Positions 27,833 through 37,390 of a stretch of DNA of 43,426 nt are shown here, one piece after another. The DNA lies in the NCBI GenBank assembly GCA_963640495.1, contig CAVHYZ010000002.1, positions 1-43,426 of the forward strand, written 5' to 3'. Made by a program: the position numbers and the translations under genes. Within the stretch, counting starts at the first letter, position 1; every line of letters starts with the position of its first letter. The notes beneath the pieces were generated by a model that had not been told where the DNA came from, searched no databases, and saw only the letters and a program-made list of their open reading frames with translations. This DNA is from Acutalibacteraceae bacterium. GTDB taxonomy: Bacteria; Bacillota; Clostridia; Oscillospirales; Acutalibacteraceae.

Positions 27833-28053
27833 TTTAAGTCCCCGCTTTTTTACGAATAAAATTCGTTTATTTTTTGATTTTGTAATAATATCACTATAAT
27901 CTAAAATATTATACCACTTTTATATATAAAATAAAAGATTTATTTTGACAATTTTATAATAACCATTTAACATTTTATTAACTAAACGAACAAAATTATA
28001 CCGACCATTCAAGTGAGGAGCCATTATAATAGGGAGATAACTTTATCAAAAGT

Positions 28054-28085
28054 AAAAAATTCCCCGAATGTTTGCACATTCGGGG
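28054..28085 (-). terminator. Intrinsic terminator after rplL
   Basis: CCCCGAATG/CATTCGGGG stem followed by a U-run on the minus strand. Confidence 0.8.
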
Positions 28086-28112
28086 TTGTTGCTATTAACT
28101 GAAAAATTAAAC

Positions 28113-28490
28113 TTATTTAAGTTCAACCTTTGCGCCAACTTCTTCGAGCTTAGCTTTAGCAGCTTCAGCATCGTCCTTGGACATAGCTTCTTTAACGGTC
28201 TTGGGAGCACCATCAACAACAGCCTTTGCTTCTGCAAGGCCGAGGCCTGTGATCTCACGAACAACCTTAATAACCTTAATCTTTTCTGCGCCAACTTCAG
28301 CGAGAACAAGATCAAATTCAGTCTTTTCTTCAGCAGCAGCGCCTGCATCAGCAGCAGGAGCAACAACAGCAACAGCAGCAGCTGCGCTTACGCCAAATTC
28401 TTCTTCTACAGCGTGAACAAGCTCTGAGAGCTCAAGAACGGTAAGAGTTTTGATTTCTTCAATCATAGCAGTAATCTTTTCAGATGCCAT
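28113..28490 (-). CDS. rplL: 50S ribosomal protein L7/L12
   Basis: [10 protein letters not shown]...[36 protein letters not shown]. Confidence 0.98.
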   Translation of the reverse strand: MASEKITAMIEEIKTLTVLELSELVHAVEEEFGVSAAAAVAVVAPAADAGAAAEEKTEFDLVLAEVGAEKIKVIKVVREITGLGLAEAKAVVDGAPKTVKEAMSKDDAEAAKAKLEEVGAKVELK

Positions 28491-28528
28491 TTTATTTTCC
28501 TCCAATTTGAGTAAATTTTTTAAGTAAA

Positions 28529-29098
28529 TTATTCTGCAGTTTCTTCTGCGGGTGCTGCTTCCTCAGCAGCGGGAGCTTCGGCAGCTTCTGTAGCTGCAGC
28601 TTCTACGCCACCCTTGTCAACGATAGCCTGAATAGCACGTGCGAAGGATGCAATAGGAGCATTGAATGCATTACAAACGGTAGCAAGCATAACATCTCTT
28701 GTGGGAAGCTTAGCAAGCTTGTCAATAGTGTCAAGGTCAACAATGTTGCCCTCGAGGTAACCGCTCTTAATGCTGAAATTCTTGTGACTGTCAGCGAACT
28801 TAGAAAGGATTCTTGCAGCAGCTGTATGATCTTCAGCACTGATAGCAATAGCTGTGGTGCCTTCAAGAACATTTGTAAGCTCATCAAGACCTACCTGCTT
28901 TGCAGCAAGGCCGAGGAGTGTATTTTTAACTACTGAGTATTTAACGCCTGCTTCACGAAGCTCTTTACGAAGAGCTGTATCATCTGCAACATTAATGCCC
29001 TTATAGTCAACAACAACACCTGCAACTGAATTTTTAAGGGATTCGGTAAGGTCAGCAACAATCTGCTTCTTTTGTTCTAAAACTTTCTCACTTGGCAT
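28529..29098 (-). CDS. rplJ: 50S ribosomal protein L10
   Basis: VVDYKGI, LRKELRE, VVKNTL, LAKLPTR. Confidence 0.98.
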   Translation of the reverse strand: MPSEKVLEQKKQIVADLTESLKNSVAGVVVDYKGINVADDTALRKELREAGVKYSVVKNTLLGLAAKQVGLDELTNVLEGTTAIAISAEDHTAAARILSKFADSHKNFSIKSGYLEGNIVDLDTIDKLAKLPTRDVMLATVCNAFNAPIASFARAIQAIVDKGGVEAAATEAAEAPAAEEAAPAEETAE

Positions 29099-29138
29099 TT
29101 TCTATATTTCACCTCCATGTGGAATGTTAAACAATATT

Positions 29139-29258
29139 AAAGCCCTTTCCGCATCTGACGGAAAGGGCATAACATACTTATATTTTGTATGTTTCCTTTC
29201 TCGGCAGGTGGTATATAACCTTTATGCGAAAAGCACCTGCTGTCTTCAAAAAGAACAG
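29139..29258 (-). ncRNA. L10 leader (ribosomal protein autoregulatory RNA) with attenuator
   Basis: AAGACAGCAGGTG...CACCTGCCGAG core followed by the hairpin GCCCTTTCCG/CGGAAAGGGC-TTT upstream of rplJ; promoter TTGACA-N17-TAATAT at 29266-29294. Confidence 0.85.
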
Positions 29259-29317
29259 CGTGGATATATTAACACACAAATTAAGGTGTGTCAAGAAATT
29301 TTTCAGAAAAAATCTGA

Positions 29318-30025
29318 TTATGCCTCAGCTGATGAACCAACCTTATTAGGATTGATTTTGATGCCGGGGCCCATTGTGGTGGCAAGTACACATGACTTAA
29401 TGTACTGGCCCTTTGATGCTGCGGGCTTAGCTTTGATGATAGCGTCAAGAAGAGTATCAAAGTTCTCTTTAAGCTTATCAGCGCCGAAAGACACCTTGCC
29501 GATGGGGCAATGGATGATATTTGTTTTGTCAAGACGGTATTCAATCTTACCTGCTTTAGCTTCGGTAACTGCCTTAGCAACGTCAGGAGTAACTGTACCT
29601 GCCTTAGGGCTGGGCATTAAGCCACGGGGGCCGAGAACCTTACCAAGACGACCAACAAGGCCCATCATGTTAGGTGCTGCGATACATACATCAAAATCCA
29701 TAAAGCCTTCGCCCTGAATTTTTGCAACGAGGTCTTCTGCACCAACGATTTCTGCGCCTGCTGCTGCAGCTGCATCAGCATCGGGACCTTTTGCAAAAAC
29801 TGCTACTCTAACAGTACGACCTGTGCCGTTAGGAAGTACAACAGCGCCACGAACCTGCTGGTCAGCATGACGTGAGTCAACGCCGAGGCGAATGTGAGCT
29901 TCTACTGTTTCATCAAACTTTGCGCTTGCAGTCTTAACTGCAAGTGAGAGAGCATCGGCCGGATCGTAGAGAGTAGCTCTTTCTACGAGCTTTGCGCTCT
30001 CATTATATTTTTTACCATGTTTCAT
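29318..30025 (-). CDS. rplA: 50S ribosomal protein L1
   Basis: [31 protein letters not shown]; start MKHGK. Confidence 0.98.
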   Translation of the reverse strand: MKHGKKYNESAKLVERATLYDPADALSLAVKTASAKFDETVEAHIRLGVDSRHADQQVRGAVVLPNGTGRTVRVAVFAKGPDADAAAAAGAEIVGAEDLVAKIQGEGFMDFDVCIAAPNMMGLVGRLGKVLGPRGLMPSPKAGTVTPDVAKAVTEAKAGKIEYRLDKTNIIHCPIGKVSFGADKLKENFDTLLDAIIKAKPAASKGQYIKSCVLATTMGPGIKINPNKVGSSAEA

Positions 30026-30046
30026 GTTAATTATTCCTCCCAATCA

Positions 30047-30075
30047 TGTGGTTAATCGGATTTGTTCCTCCCACA
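30047..30075 (-). promoter_or_regulatory. Putative L1-binding RNA site upstream of rplA
   Basis: GTGGGAG...ACCAC hairpin directly before the rplA RBS. Confidence 0.65.
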
Positions 30076-30083
30076 GTTTGCAA

Positions 30084-30509
30084 TCAGTCTGCTACTACGA
30101 CGCCCATGCTGCGTGCAGTACCTGCTATCATGCTCATAGCGGTTTCAATTGTAGCAGCGTTGAGGTCTTTCATCTTTGTCTCAGCGATCTTGCGAATCTG
30201 TTCCTGAGAGATGGTTGCAACCTTGGTCTTGTTGGGAACGCCTGAACCACTCTCAATACCGCAAGCCTTCTTAATAAGAACAGCGGCAGGAGGGGTCTTG
30301 GTGATAAAGCTGAATGTGCGGTCTGCATAAACAGTGATAACAACGGGAATGATGAGGCCCATATCGTTCTTGGTACGCTCATTGAATTCCTTTGTGAAAG
30401 CCATAATGTTAACACCGTGCTGGCCGAGCGCTGGGCCTACAGGGGGAGCAGGAGTTGCTTTGCCTGCAGGAATCTGTAACTTAATTAAGCCGACAACTTT
30501 CTGTGCCAT
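30084..30509 (-). CDS. rplK: 50S ribosomal protein L11
   Basis: [33 protein letters not shown]; start MAQKV. Confidence 0.98.
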   Translation of the reverse strand: MAQKVVGLIKLQIPAGKATPAPPVGPALGQHGVNIMAFTKEFNERTKNDMGLIIPVVITVYADRTFSFITKTPPAAVLIKKACGIESGSGVPNKTKVATISQEQIRKIAETKMKDLNAATIETAMSMIAGTARSMGVVVAD

Positions 30510-30532
30510 AATAGTTAACCTCCAAATATAAA

Positions 30533-30567
30533 GTGGTAAATTGCGGAACCTTTTTAGTTCCTCCCAC
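30533..30567 (-). promoter_or_regulatory. Putative L1-binding RNA site upstream of rplK
   Basis: GTGGGAGGAAC...GTTCCGCAATTTACCAC, same core as the site before rplA. Confidence 0.6.
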
Positions 30568-30645
30568 GAAGCCGACACCTTAATTGATGCGACTGCACCT
30601 GAAACGGTGCTGATTTGAAAGGGCTACGCCCTCAAATTACCGTGA

Positions 30646-31197
30646 TTATTCGTCAGCAAGCTCAACCTGGTCAAGCTCAAGCTCAACAACGGTTTCTTTG
30701 CCGAACAGTGCGGAAACAACAACCTTAACAGTATTGTTTTCAAGGTCGATTTCCTGAACAGTTCCCGAAAAGCCATCAAACATATCATCTATAATATTGA
30801 CTGTGTCGCCAACGGCATAGGATATTTCAATAACCTTCTTCTCGACTCCGAGCCTGATAACTTCTTCGTCGGTAAGGGGAATTGCTTTGTTTTCCGGACC
30901 AACAAATCCGGTAACGCCTCTTGTGTTTCTAATAAGAACCCAAGTTTCATCGCTCATTTTGGGGCGATTGTCTTGATCCGGCGATACCGCTACTTTGACG
31001 AATACGTAACCGGGGAAAAGCTTACGCTCTGTTTCTTTTTTTGTTTCTGCGTCTTCAACTGTTTCCACGGGAACCATTACTTCAAAGACTTGGTCCTGCA
31101 TTTTGTGGTTTTCAACTAATGTTTCAATAGTTGATTTAACCTTATTTTCATAACCGGAATAGGTATGTACCACATACCATCTTGTGTCAACAGACAT
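30646..31197 (-). CDS. nusG: Transcription termination/antitermination factor NusG
   Basis: WYVVHTYSGYENKV, FPGYVFV, TRGVTGFVG, C-terminal KOW domain. Confidence 0.97.
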   Translation of the reverse strand: MSVDTRWYVVHTYSGYENKVKSTIETLVENHKMQDQVFEVMVPVETVEDAETKKETERKLFPGYVFVKVAVSPDQDNRPKMSDETWVLIRNTRGVTGFVGPENKAIPLTDEEVIRLGVEKKVIEISYAVGDTVNIIDDMFDGFSGTVQEIDLENNTVKVVVSALFGKETVVELELDQVELADE

Positions 31198-31213
31198 CTT
31201 AAATCCCCCAGTT

Positions 31214-31585
31214 TCAAGCAATAAAGAAGCTGTTTAAAGCTATCATTGCTGCTTCTGTAGTGGTTTCAGCATCAGCTGAGTTGCCAACGCTCTCTGCTGC
31301 TCTTTCAAGAAGTGAAAGACCAAGTGAAAGAAGCTGATCAATTGCAAAAATTGCCAATCCGCAGATTGCAACCATTGCAAGAACAACGAGTGTTGATTTA
31401 AGAACGGTTTTTCCATCGGGCCAAACAATCTTTTTGTTTTCACCCTTTAAATCTTTGCAGAACTTTTTGATTGCCTTGCCTGCTCTCTGGAACCAGTTTC
31501 CATTGGGGTTGGCAGGTTTTTTGTTCTTTTTCTTTTCGGCGGCGGCAACCTTTTCAGCAGCTGCAGAAGTTTCATTCTTAGCCAT
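31214..31585 (-). CDS. secE: Preprotein translocase subunit SecE
   Basis: E.KKIVWP motif followed by a TM helix; lies between rpmG and nusG. Confidence 0.92.
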   Translation of the reverse strand: MAKNETSAAAEKVAAAEKKKNKKPANPNGNWFQRAGKAIKKFCKDLKGENKKIVWPDGKTVLKSTLVVLAMVAICGLAIFAIDQLLSLGLSLLERAAESVGNSADAETTTEAAMIALNSFFIA

Positions 31586-31603
31586 AAGGTTTTTACCTCC
31601 CGC

Positions 31604-31768
31604 TTACTTTGATTCTCTGTGAAGAGTGTGTTTCTTGCAGAAACGGCAGTACTTATTCATCTCAAGTCTGTCAGGTGAATTCTGCTTGTTTTTCATTGTG
31701 TTGTAGTTGCGCTGTTTGCATTCGGTGCAAGCAAGTGTAATCTTGACTCTTTTACCGTTAGCAGCCAT
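31604..31768 (-). CDS. rpmG: 50S ribosomal protein L33, Zn-binding C+ type (absent from the ORF track)
   Basis: Manual translation [64 protein letters not shown]. Confidence 0.97.
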   Translation of the reverse strand: MAANGKRVKITLACTECKQRNYNTMKNKQNSPDRLEMNKYCRFCKKHTLHRESK

Positions 31769-31897
31769 GTGCGGCACCTCCATTATTCGGAATTTTTCAG
31801 CCTCAGCACAGCTTATCAGGGAACTGCCTGAAGCTAAGCCTCCCTCTGCAATTGATTTTTGGGTACAAAAAATAAACCCTTGCGCAGAGGTGCAACT

Positions 31898-31926
31898 ATA
31901 ATATCACACAAATTTCTCTGCGTCAA
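31898..31926 (-). promoter_or_regulatory. Sigma-A promoter of the rpmG-secE-nusG operon
   Basis: TTGACG-N17-TATTAT with a TG extension. Confidence 0.7.
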
Positions 31927-31976
31927 GGATTTTTTCTGATTTCCTAAAATTTCTTGTAACTATATCTATTACATTA

Positions 31977-33122
31977 TTATATAATAATCAAGAATGCCAA
32001 TAAGCCCATGCCGAAGAGTGAACCTATTATGAGGAATATTGCAGCAAAGAACACCATAATATTCATTGCCACAAGAGCTCCGCCGACCACCTTAATTCCC
32101 ATGGTGTTTTCAGCTTGTGAAATATTTTGCCATGAATAATAAACGGTGCTGCCGTCTTGATAGTAAGTATCTATATCCGTATTTTCCGTTTCGGATTCCC
32201 CGAATCCGCACTCCTTAAGTCCTGCCGTAAACAGGCTTGCAATTTCATCATTTTTAAATGTTATTTTTCCGCTTTGCCTAAGCTCGCTTGCCGGCTCCTG
32301 TCTTGTAAGCTTACCATATTTGAAGCCGGTGCTCCACCAAGTTTTTTCATAAGGAGTTGTAAACTGATAATCGTATGATCCGTCAAGGTTGCCGTCACGG
32401 TAAAGAGAAGTTTGCATGGTGGGCCTGTCATTGCCATCAACTTTCATATAGGTGGTATAGACCTTATCTTCTTCATCTGAATGTGATTTACTGTAAACGC
32501 CGGTTTCGCAGCCGTAGAAAAGTAAACCGTACTGGCCTTTCCAAAGCTGCACCATCCAGTCCTTACCCTCATAAGTAAAATGAACTCTTACATAGTCATA
32601 TTCCAAAAGAATATAGGGAGCAACAAGATCATAAATTTTATTATATCCGTAATTTCCCTGCCATGCATCCCATTGATTTACATAGTAATAATCGTCCACA
32701 TATGAATATCTGTAACTTAGAATGCTGTGATTTGCAAGATAATCAAAAGTGCGAGTGGAATTTTTTATAACTTTAACTTCAAAAGTGCTCTTATATTCTT
32801 TTCCGCTTATATTTTTATATGCGGTTATTGTAGCTCTGCCAACGTCTTTCCCCTTAACAACGCCGTTACTGTCAACTACCGCAACATTTGAATTAGATGT
32901 TTTCCATTTAACATCATTTTCGCTTGATTTTAATTGGAGAGTACTCCCCTTTTTAACCGTATCGGTGTTAGCGATAATTTTTATATCTATAGAAATATCT
33001 TCTGTAACCGGCTGAGTTGTTGTTTCTTCCCGGGCCTCTCCCTCGGCAAAGGCAACTATGGTCGGAACCCATACAAAAGCAACAAGAAGAGCAAGTGCAA
33101 AGGCTGCTATTCTTTTTTTCAT
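31977..33122 (-). CDS. Exported, membrane-anchored protein: Ig-like (Big_2) plus DUF4474-like domain
   Basis: Signal peptide (AFA), Ig-like WKTSNSNVAVVDSNGVVKG..G.ATITA, DAWQ..YGY...YD and WMVQLWKGQYG...G.E.GVY, C-terminal TM. Confidence 0.75.
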   Translation of the reverse strand: MKKRIAAFALALLVAFVWVPTIVAFAEGEAREETTTQPVTEDISIDIKIIANTDTVKKGSTLQLKSSENDVKWKTSNSNVAVVDSNGVVKGKDVGRATITAYKNISGKEYKSTFEVKVIKNSTRTFDYLANHSILSYRYSYVDDYYYVNQWDAWQGNYGYNKIYDLVAPYILLEYDYVRVHFTYEGKDWMVQLWKGQYGLLFYGCETGVYSKSHSDEEDKVYTTYMKVDGNDRPTMQTSLYRDGNLDGSYDYQFTTPYEKTWWSTGFKYGKLTRQEPASELRQSGKITFKNDEIASLFTAGLKECGFGESETENTDIDTYYQDGSTVYYSWQNISQAENTMGIKVVGGALVAMNIMVFFAAIFLIIGSLFGMGLLAFLIII

Positions 33123-33230
33123 AATGGTATAATCCTTTCGTTAATGTTATAAAAATAATACTATAAACATAAAATTAAATCAAGTATATTACAAATTATT
33201 TTTAAATTTTAACAAATTGATATATTTTTC

Positions 33231-33259
33231 TTGACAACATGCGTTTCATTTGGTATAAT
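33231..33259 (+). promoter_or_regulatory. Consensus sigma-A promoter of tRNA-Gly
   Basis: TTGACA-N17-TATAAT with a TG extension. Confidence 0.88.
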
Positions 33260-33272
33260 CACCCTTGCAATT

Positions 33273-33348
33273 GCGGATGTAGCTCATCTGGTAGAGCGCC
33301 ACCTTGCCAAGGTGGAGGTAGCGAGTTCGAGCCTCGTCATCCGCTCCA
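33273..33348 (+). tRNA. tRNA-Gly (GCC)
   Basis: Acceptor stem GCGGATG/CATCCGC, anticodon arm CCACC-TTGCCAA-GGTGG, T-loop GTTCGAG, encoded T-CCA end. Confidence 0.98.
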
Positions 33349-33353
33349 GTTTC

Positions 33354-33385
33354 AGCATCGGTCAAGTCTTGACCGGTGCTTTTTT
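33354..33385 (+). terminator. Intrinsic terminator after tRNA-Gly
   Basis: AGCATCGGTCAAG/CTTGACCGGTGCT followed by a T-run. Confidence 0.85.
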
Positions 33386-33413
33386 GATACATACATATTT
33401 TCGGTGGTGCAAT

Positions 33414-34115
33414 ATGAAAACTTATGTTACTCAAAACATAATAAATTGCCGTGATTTAGGTGGATATTCCTGCAATGGCGGCGTAACGGCCTTTGGGAAA
33501 GCCTTAAGATGCGGTGCTCCGAGAAATCCGACAGATAAAGATATCTCTTTTTTAAAGAAATCGGGGATTAAAAATATTATTGATTTAAGAGGAATTGAAG
33601 AGGCAGACGAACGCCCGTCAATTTTCGCTTCGCTGCCGGAGTTTAATTATTATCACATTACCACTCTTGAAGCAAATCCGGCACTTATTAAAGCAAATTC
33701 TCCTATATGGGAGCTTTATGCCATGTCCCTTGAAGAATACGGTGAAAATTACGCTAAAATACTTCGTTCTATTATATCGTTTAAAGAGCCTTTTCTTTTT
33801 CATTGTTTTCTCGGAAAAGACAGAACGGGCCTTATTGCCGCTATTCTCCTTGATGCCGCCGGAGTAGCAAAGGAAGATATTATTAAAGACTACTGCACGT
33901 CATGGGATTATATTAAACCCTTTGCCGCAAATGAAATCAAAAATAATACGGGCCTTATTTGGGAGCAAGACGAATCCAGGCTTCGCTCCGACAGAGAAAA
34001 CATGGAAAATATTCTTGACTATTTCGACCGTGGTTACGGCGGAATTAAAGGCTACCTTTCAAATATCGGCTTAACAGATAATGAAATAAATCTTTTAGGC
34101 AAAGTTCTTTTATAA
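33414..34115 (+). CDS. Protein tyrosine/lipid phosphatase (Y_phosphatase3/IphP-like)
   Basis: [13 protein letters not shown], catalytic loop [11 protein letters not shown]. The true start is ATG 33414; the ORF-track extension runs through the tRNA. Confidence 0.88.
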   Translation: MKTYVTQNIINCRDLGGYSCNGGVTAFGKALRCGAPRNPTDKDISFLKKSGIKNIIDLRGIEEADERPSIFASLPEFNYYHITTLEANPALIKANSPIWELYAMSLEEYGENYAKILRSIISFKEPFLFHCFLGKDRTGLIAAILLDAAGVAKEDIIKDYCTSWDYIKPFAANEIKNNTGLIWEQDESRLRSDRENMENILDYFDRGYGGIKGYLSNIGLTDNEINLLGKVLL

Positions 34116-34184
34116 CATTACATATTCACTTTTTAATTTTATTATGTTATTATGAATTAAAAGAATTTAGAAAGTTAATTTTAA

Positions 34185-34376
34185 GTGGCGCACTTGTCCT
34201 ATGCGTTTTGCTCACAGAACACTCCCAATGCTTTTCAAGCTGCTGCTGATTTTGGAGCCGAAGGCATTGAAGTTTTCTCAAGCCTCGGAGATTATCCATC
34301 ATGGTGGGAGAAAATGATTTCTATGAATACCCGAGGTTTCAAAACTAATTTTCCCGAAGCTTTCACCGAATGGTAA
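34185..34376 (+). pseudogene. Internally deleted glycerophosphodiester phosphodiesterase remnant
   Basis: AHLSYAFCSQNTPNAFQAAADFGAEGIE resembles the GDPD N-terminal AHRG...ENT..AF..A...GADGIE; the end GFKTNFPE resembles the C-terminal GI.TN.P. Confidence 0.6.
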
Positions 34377-34398
34377 TAAAAGCAAATGAGAGGTAAAA

Positions 34399-34959
34399 AT
34401 GAAAATCGTAAATGTTACTGCTTCAGATGCCGAGGAACTCCTTAAGATATACAGTTATTACGTGGAAAATTCTGCCGTAACCTTTGAACACGTTTCTCCC
34501 TCTGTTGAAGAATTTAAAAGCAGAATTATCACTTACGCAGCAAAATATCCGTATCTTAAAGCCGTTGACGATAACGGGAAAGCTCTCGGCTTTACTTTTG
34601 CCCATTATTTCAGAGAGCGCAAGGCTTATGATTGGGCGGTTGAAACATCAATTTATCTTGATAAAAATTCACGCCATAAAGGTGTGGGAAAAGCTCTTTA
34701 TACAGATCTTGAAAAAAGACTTGAAGAAATGGGCATATTAAATATGTATGCCTGTGTTGCTCACCCCAAAAAGAATGTTGATGACCCTTATTTAAACGCC
34801 GACAGTCCTAATTTTCATTTAAAAATGGGCTTTGAAGCTGTTGGAGCTTTTCATAATTGCGGCAGCAAATTCGGCCGCTGGTATGACATGATGTGGTACG
34901 AAAAAATAATCGGTGAGCATTCTGAAAATCCCACTCCGGTAAAATTTTACAATATATAG
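34399..34959 (+). CDS. GNAT N-acetyltransferase (phosphinothricin/methionine sulfoximine acetyltransferase-like)
   Basis: IYSYYVENSAVTFE, RKAYDWAVETSIY, GVGKALY, FHLKMGF, KFGRWYD. Confidence 0.9.
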   Translation: MKIVNVTASDAEELLKIYSYYVENSAVTFEHVSPSVEEFKSRIITYAAKYPYLKAVDDNGKALGFTFAHYFRERKAYDWAVETSIYLDKNSRHKGVGKALYTDLEKRLEEMGILNMYACVAHPKKNVDDPYLNADSPNFHLKMGFEAVGAFHNCGSKFGRWYDMMWYEKIIGEHSENPTPVKFYNI

Positions 34960-34968
34960 GAGAATTTT

Positions 34969-35388
34969 ATGGAATACAGAAGATTTAATGATAAAATTGT
35001 TTTAAGGCTTGACCGTGACGATGAAATTGTTGAAAGCATAAAAGCCGTTGCCGCAAAAGAAAATGTACGCCTCGCTTATGTTAGCGGAATAGGCGGAACA
35101 GATAAAGCTTCCATCGGTGTTTTCAATATGGATAAGAGGGCTTATGCTAATTATGAAATCACCGGCACTCACGAAATTACCTCTCTTGTAGGCAATATAA
35201 ACACTCTCAATGGCGAAATTTACACTCACCTTCACATAAATCTTGCGGGTGAAGGGGGGAAAATTGTGGGCGGTCATCTTTTCAGCTCCGTAATTTGTCT
35301 TACTGCCGAAATATTTATCACAATTATTGACGGCACCGTTGACCGTAAAAAAGATGAAGATCTCCAAATCAATAAATTTTCCTTTTGA
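34969..35388 (+). CDS. PPC/DUF296 domain protein
   Basis: LRLDRDDEI, GIGG, EITSLVGNI, HLH, GGHL, TAEIFI. Confidence 0.88.
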   Translation: MEYRRFNDKIVLRLDRDDEIVESIKAVAAKENVRLAYVSGIGGTDKASIGVFNMDKRAYANYEITGTHEITSLVGNINTLNGEIYTHLHINLAGEGGKIVGGHLFSSVICLTAEIFITIIDGTVDRKKDEDLQINKFSF

Positions 35389-35397
35389 GGATTAACT

Positions 35398-36603
35398 ATG
35401 CCTAAATACGAAATTCTAAGCAATGAACTTACAGAAAGAATTGAATATGACAGGGAGAAAAGTGCTTTTTCTTCCTTTGCTTTTAATGATAAAAATGCTA
35501 TCAGAAGAAATGAAGAGCTTGACAAGCCCTCTCTCTTGCGTTCCCCATTCATAAGAGATTGTGATAAAATCATTCACTGCCCTTATTACAATAGATATGC
35601 GGATAAAACTCAGGTTTTTTCATTCTACAAAAATGATGATATAAGCCGCAGGAGTCTTCATGTGCAGCTTGTTTCCCGTATTGCCCGTACCATCGGAAAA
35701 GCTCTTGGGCTTAACTTAGAGCTTATTGAGGCAATGGCGCTGGGGCATGGTATAGGTCACACTCCCTTCGGCCATGCAGGTGAAAAGATACTCGATTCTC
35801 TTTTTTATGAACACGCAAAAAAGCATTTCAGCCACAATATTCACTCTGTAAGAGTTCTTGATGATATTTTTCCTTATAATATCACTTTACAGACCTTAAG
35901 CGGTATTGCAAGCCATGACGGTGAAATTGAACTATGTAAATACAGTCTCGTTTCACTCGATTCTTTTGAAGAATTTGATAAGCAAATTCAAGATTGCTAC
36001 TCAGACAAAGAAAATGTCAAAAAACTGATTCCCTCCACTCTTGAGGGTTGTTTTGTACGCATTTCGGATATAATAGCATATCTCGGCAAAGACCGTCAGG
36101 ACGCACTTAGATCAAAAATAATAACATGCGATGAATTTGACGAGGGCGGTATCGGCACAATTAATGCCGAGCTTATCAATAATCTTATGGTTAACATAGT
36201 GGAAAACAGCTACGGAAAGCCGTATATCAAAATGGATGAAGAGCATTTTGAAGCACTGAAAAAAGCAAAGGCCGATAATTACAGGCTCATCTATCTTAAC
36301 GAAAAAGTTAAATCATTAACAGATAACGCAATTACTCCCATGATGGCAAACCTATATGATAAATTTCTCAATGATCTCAAAAGTGGCAATAAAGCATCCC
36401 CTATATTCACTCATCATATTGATTATGTGAATAAAGCTCACTATAAAAGGCCTTTCTCCTATGGAGAAACAGAAAAAAACCAAATAGTAGTAGATTACAT
36501 AGCAAGTATGACAGATGACTATTTTGTGGATGTGTATAACTATCTGTTTCCGAAAAGTAACATAAAAATTGATTATGTGGGATATTTTGTTGATAACACC
36601 TAA
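35398..36603 (+). CDS. dGTP triphosphohydrolase-like HD protein with the HD motif changed to HG
   Basis: FIRDCDKIIH, DKTQVF, GHGIGHTPFGHAGE (family motif GHD.GH.PFGH.GE), SDIIAY...D..D, DYIASMTDDY. Confidence 0.85.
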   Translation: MPKYEILSNELTERIEYDREKSAFSSFAFNDKNAIRRNEELDKPSLLRSPFIRDCDKIIHCPYYNRYADKTQVFSFYKNDDISRRSLHVQLVSRIARTIGKALGLNLELIEAMALGHGIGHTPFGHAGEKILDSLFYEHAKKHFSHNIHSVRVLDDIFPYNITLQTLSGIASHDGEIELCKYSLVSLDSFEEFDKQIQDCYSDKENVKKLIPSTLEGCFVRISDIIAYLGKDRQDALRSKIITCDEFDEGGIGTINAELINNLMVNIVENSYGKPYIKMDEEHFEALKKAKADNYRLIYLNEKVKSLTDNAITPMMANLYDKFLNDLKSGNKASPIFTHHIDYVNKAHYKRPFSYGETEKNQIVVDYIASMTDDYFVDVYNYLFPKSNIKIDYVGYFVDNT

Positions 36604-36642
36604 TATTGTTTGAGATAATGAGCAAAATTCTTCCATACGCTC

Positions 36643-36698
36643 TTGAAATTATAAAATTTCATGGTATAATAAATGCAGTTAGCAAAAGCTAACTGCAT
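36643..36698 (+). promoter_or_regulatory. Promoter plus palindromic operator
   Basis: TTGAAA-N16-TATAAT with TG extension, then the perfect inverted repeat ATGCAGTTAGC-aaaa-GCTAACTGCAT (36673-36698). Confidence 0.7.
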
Positions 36699-36731
36699 AA
36701 TTTTATTTATTTCAGGCAGAGAGGTGATATT

Positions 36732-37234
36732 ATGGTAACTTTTATAATTGAAGCTGTTGTAGTATGTTTGGTTTTTACTTTGTCTTGCTTTTCACTTGTA
36801 GGCAAAACGATGAAAAATTTAGAGCTCGCAAAGCTGAACTATCCGAAGCCGATTATTCAAAGGCTGATTGACCTTGGCAAAGTTTCAGGAGACAAACCCT
36901 TAACCCTCATTCAAAGAATCAAAAAAAGTGGCCTGCTATGATATTAATGGGTATTATACTCGGGCTTTTGGTATGTTATGTTAACAAATGCTCGACCTTT
37001 CTTTCCGGTTTCGGTACCGCTTATCTTCTTTGGCTAATAGTTGATTGGTATGACGCCTTTGTGCTGGATTGCCTTTGGTTTTGCCATTCTAAAAAATGCA
37101 TAATTCCCGGGACAGAGGATTTAACCGACGCTTATCATGATTATATGTTTCACATTAAAGGCTCATTAGTTGGTATGCTTATTGCCTTGCCAAGTTGTTT
37201 AATTGCCGGGATTATGTGTGCAATCTTAAAATGA
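36732..37234 (+). pseudogene. Frameshifted four-TM membrane protein, homolog of 14674-15177
   Basis: ORFs 36732-36941 and 36938-37234 join as ...RIKKKWPAMIL... if one A is added to the A7 run at 36921-36927; motif DWYDAFVLDCLWF. Confidence 0.75.
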
Positions 37235-37357
37235 TTTTTCTTTACTTTTTAACTAATAAAATTCGGAGAAAGAAGCGATGCAACGCACAACGATTATACA
37301 TCAGCTTGCTACACAAATCGACAGCCTCTCCGTCAAGGCTACGCCTAATTTCACATT

Positions 37358-37390
37358 AAAAAAGCTCCCCGAAGGGAGCTTTTATTTTTT
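37358..37390. terminator. Bidirectional intrinsic terminator
   Basis: AAAAGCTCCC-cgaa-GGGAGCTTTT. Confidence 0.85.

Noticed and set aside
28529..28620. Ala/Glu-rich repetitive tail of L10, and the extended SecE C-terminus
   Set aside because: Low-complexity tails like these are common in clostridial orthologs; no evidence of a separate function.
33231..33413. N-terminal extension of the phosphatase ORF
   Set aside because: It starts at the TTG of the -35 box and runs through tRNA-Gly and its terminator; the real start is 33414.
36618..36631. ATGAGCAAAATTCT, identical to 15878-15891
   Set aside because: A 14-bp AT-rich match with no further similarity; it may be chance.
33273..37390. tRNA-anchored genomic island
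   Set aside because: The genes look accessory, but I found no integrase and no duplicated tRNA 3' end, and the tRNA terminator is intact.
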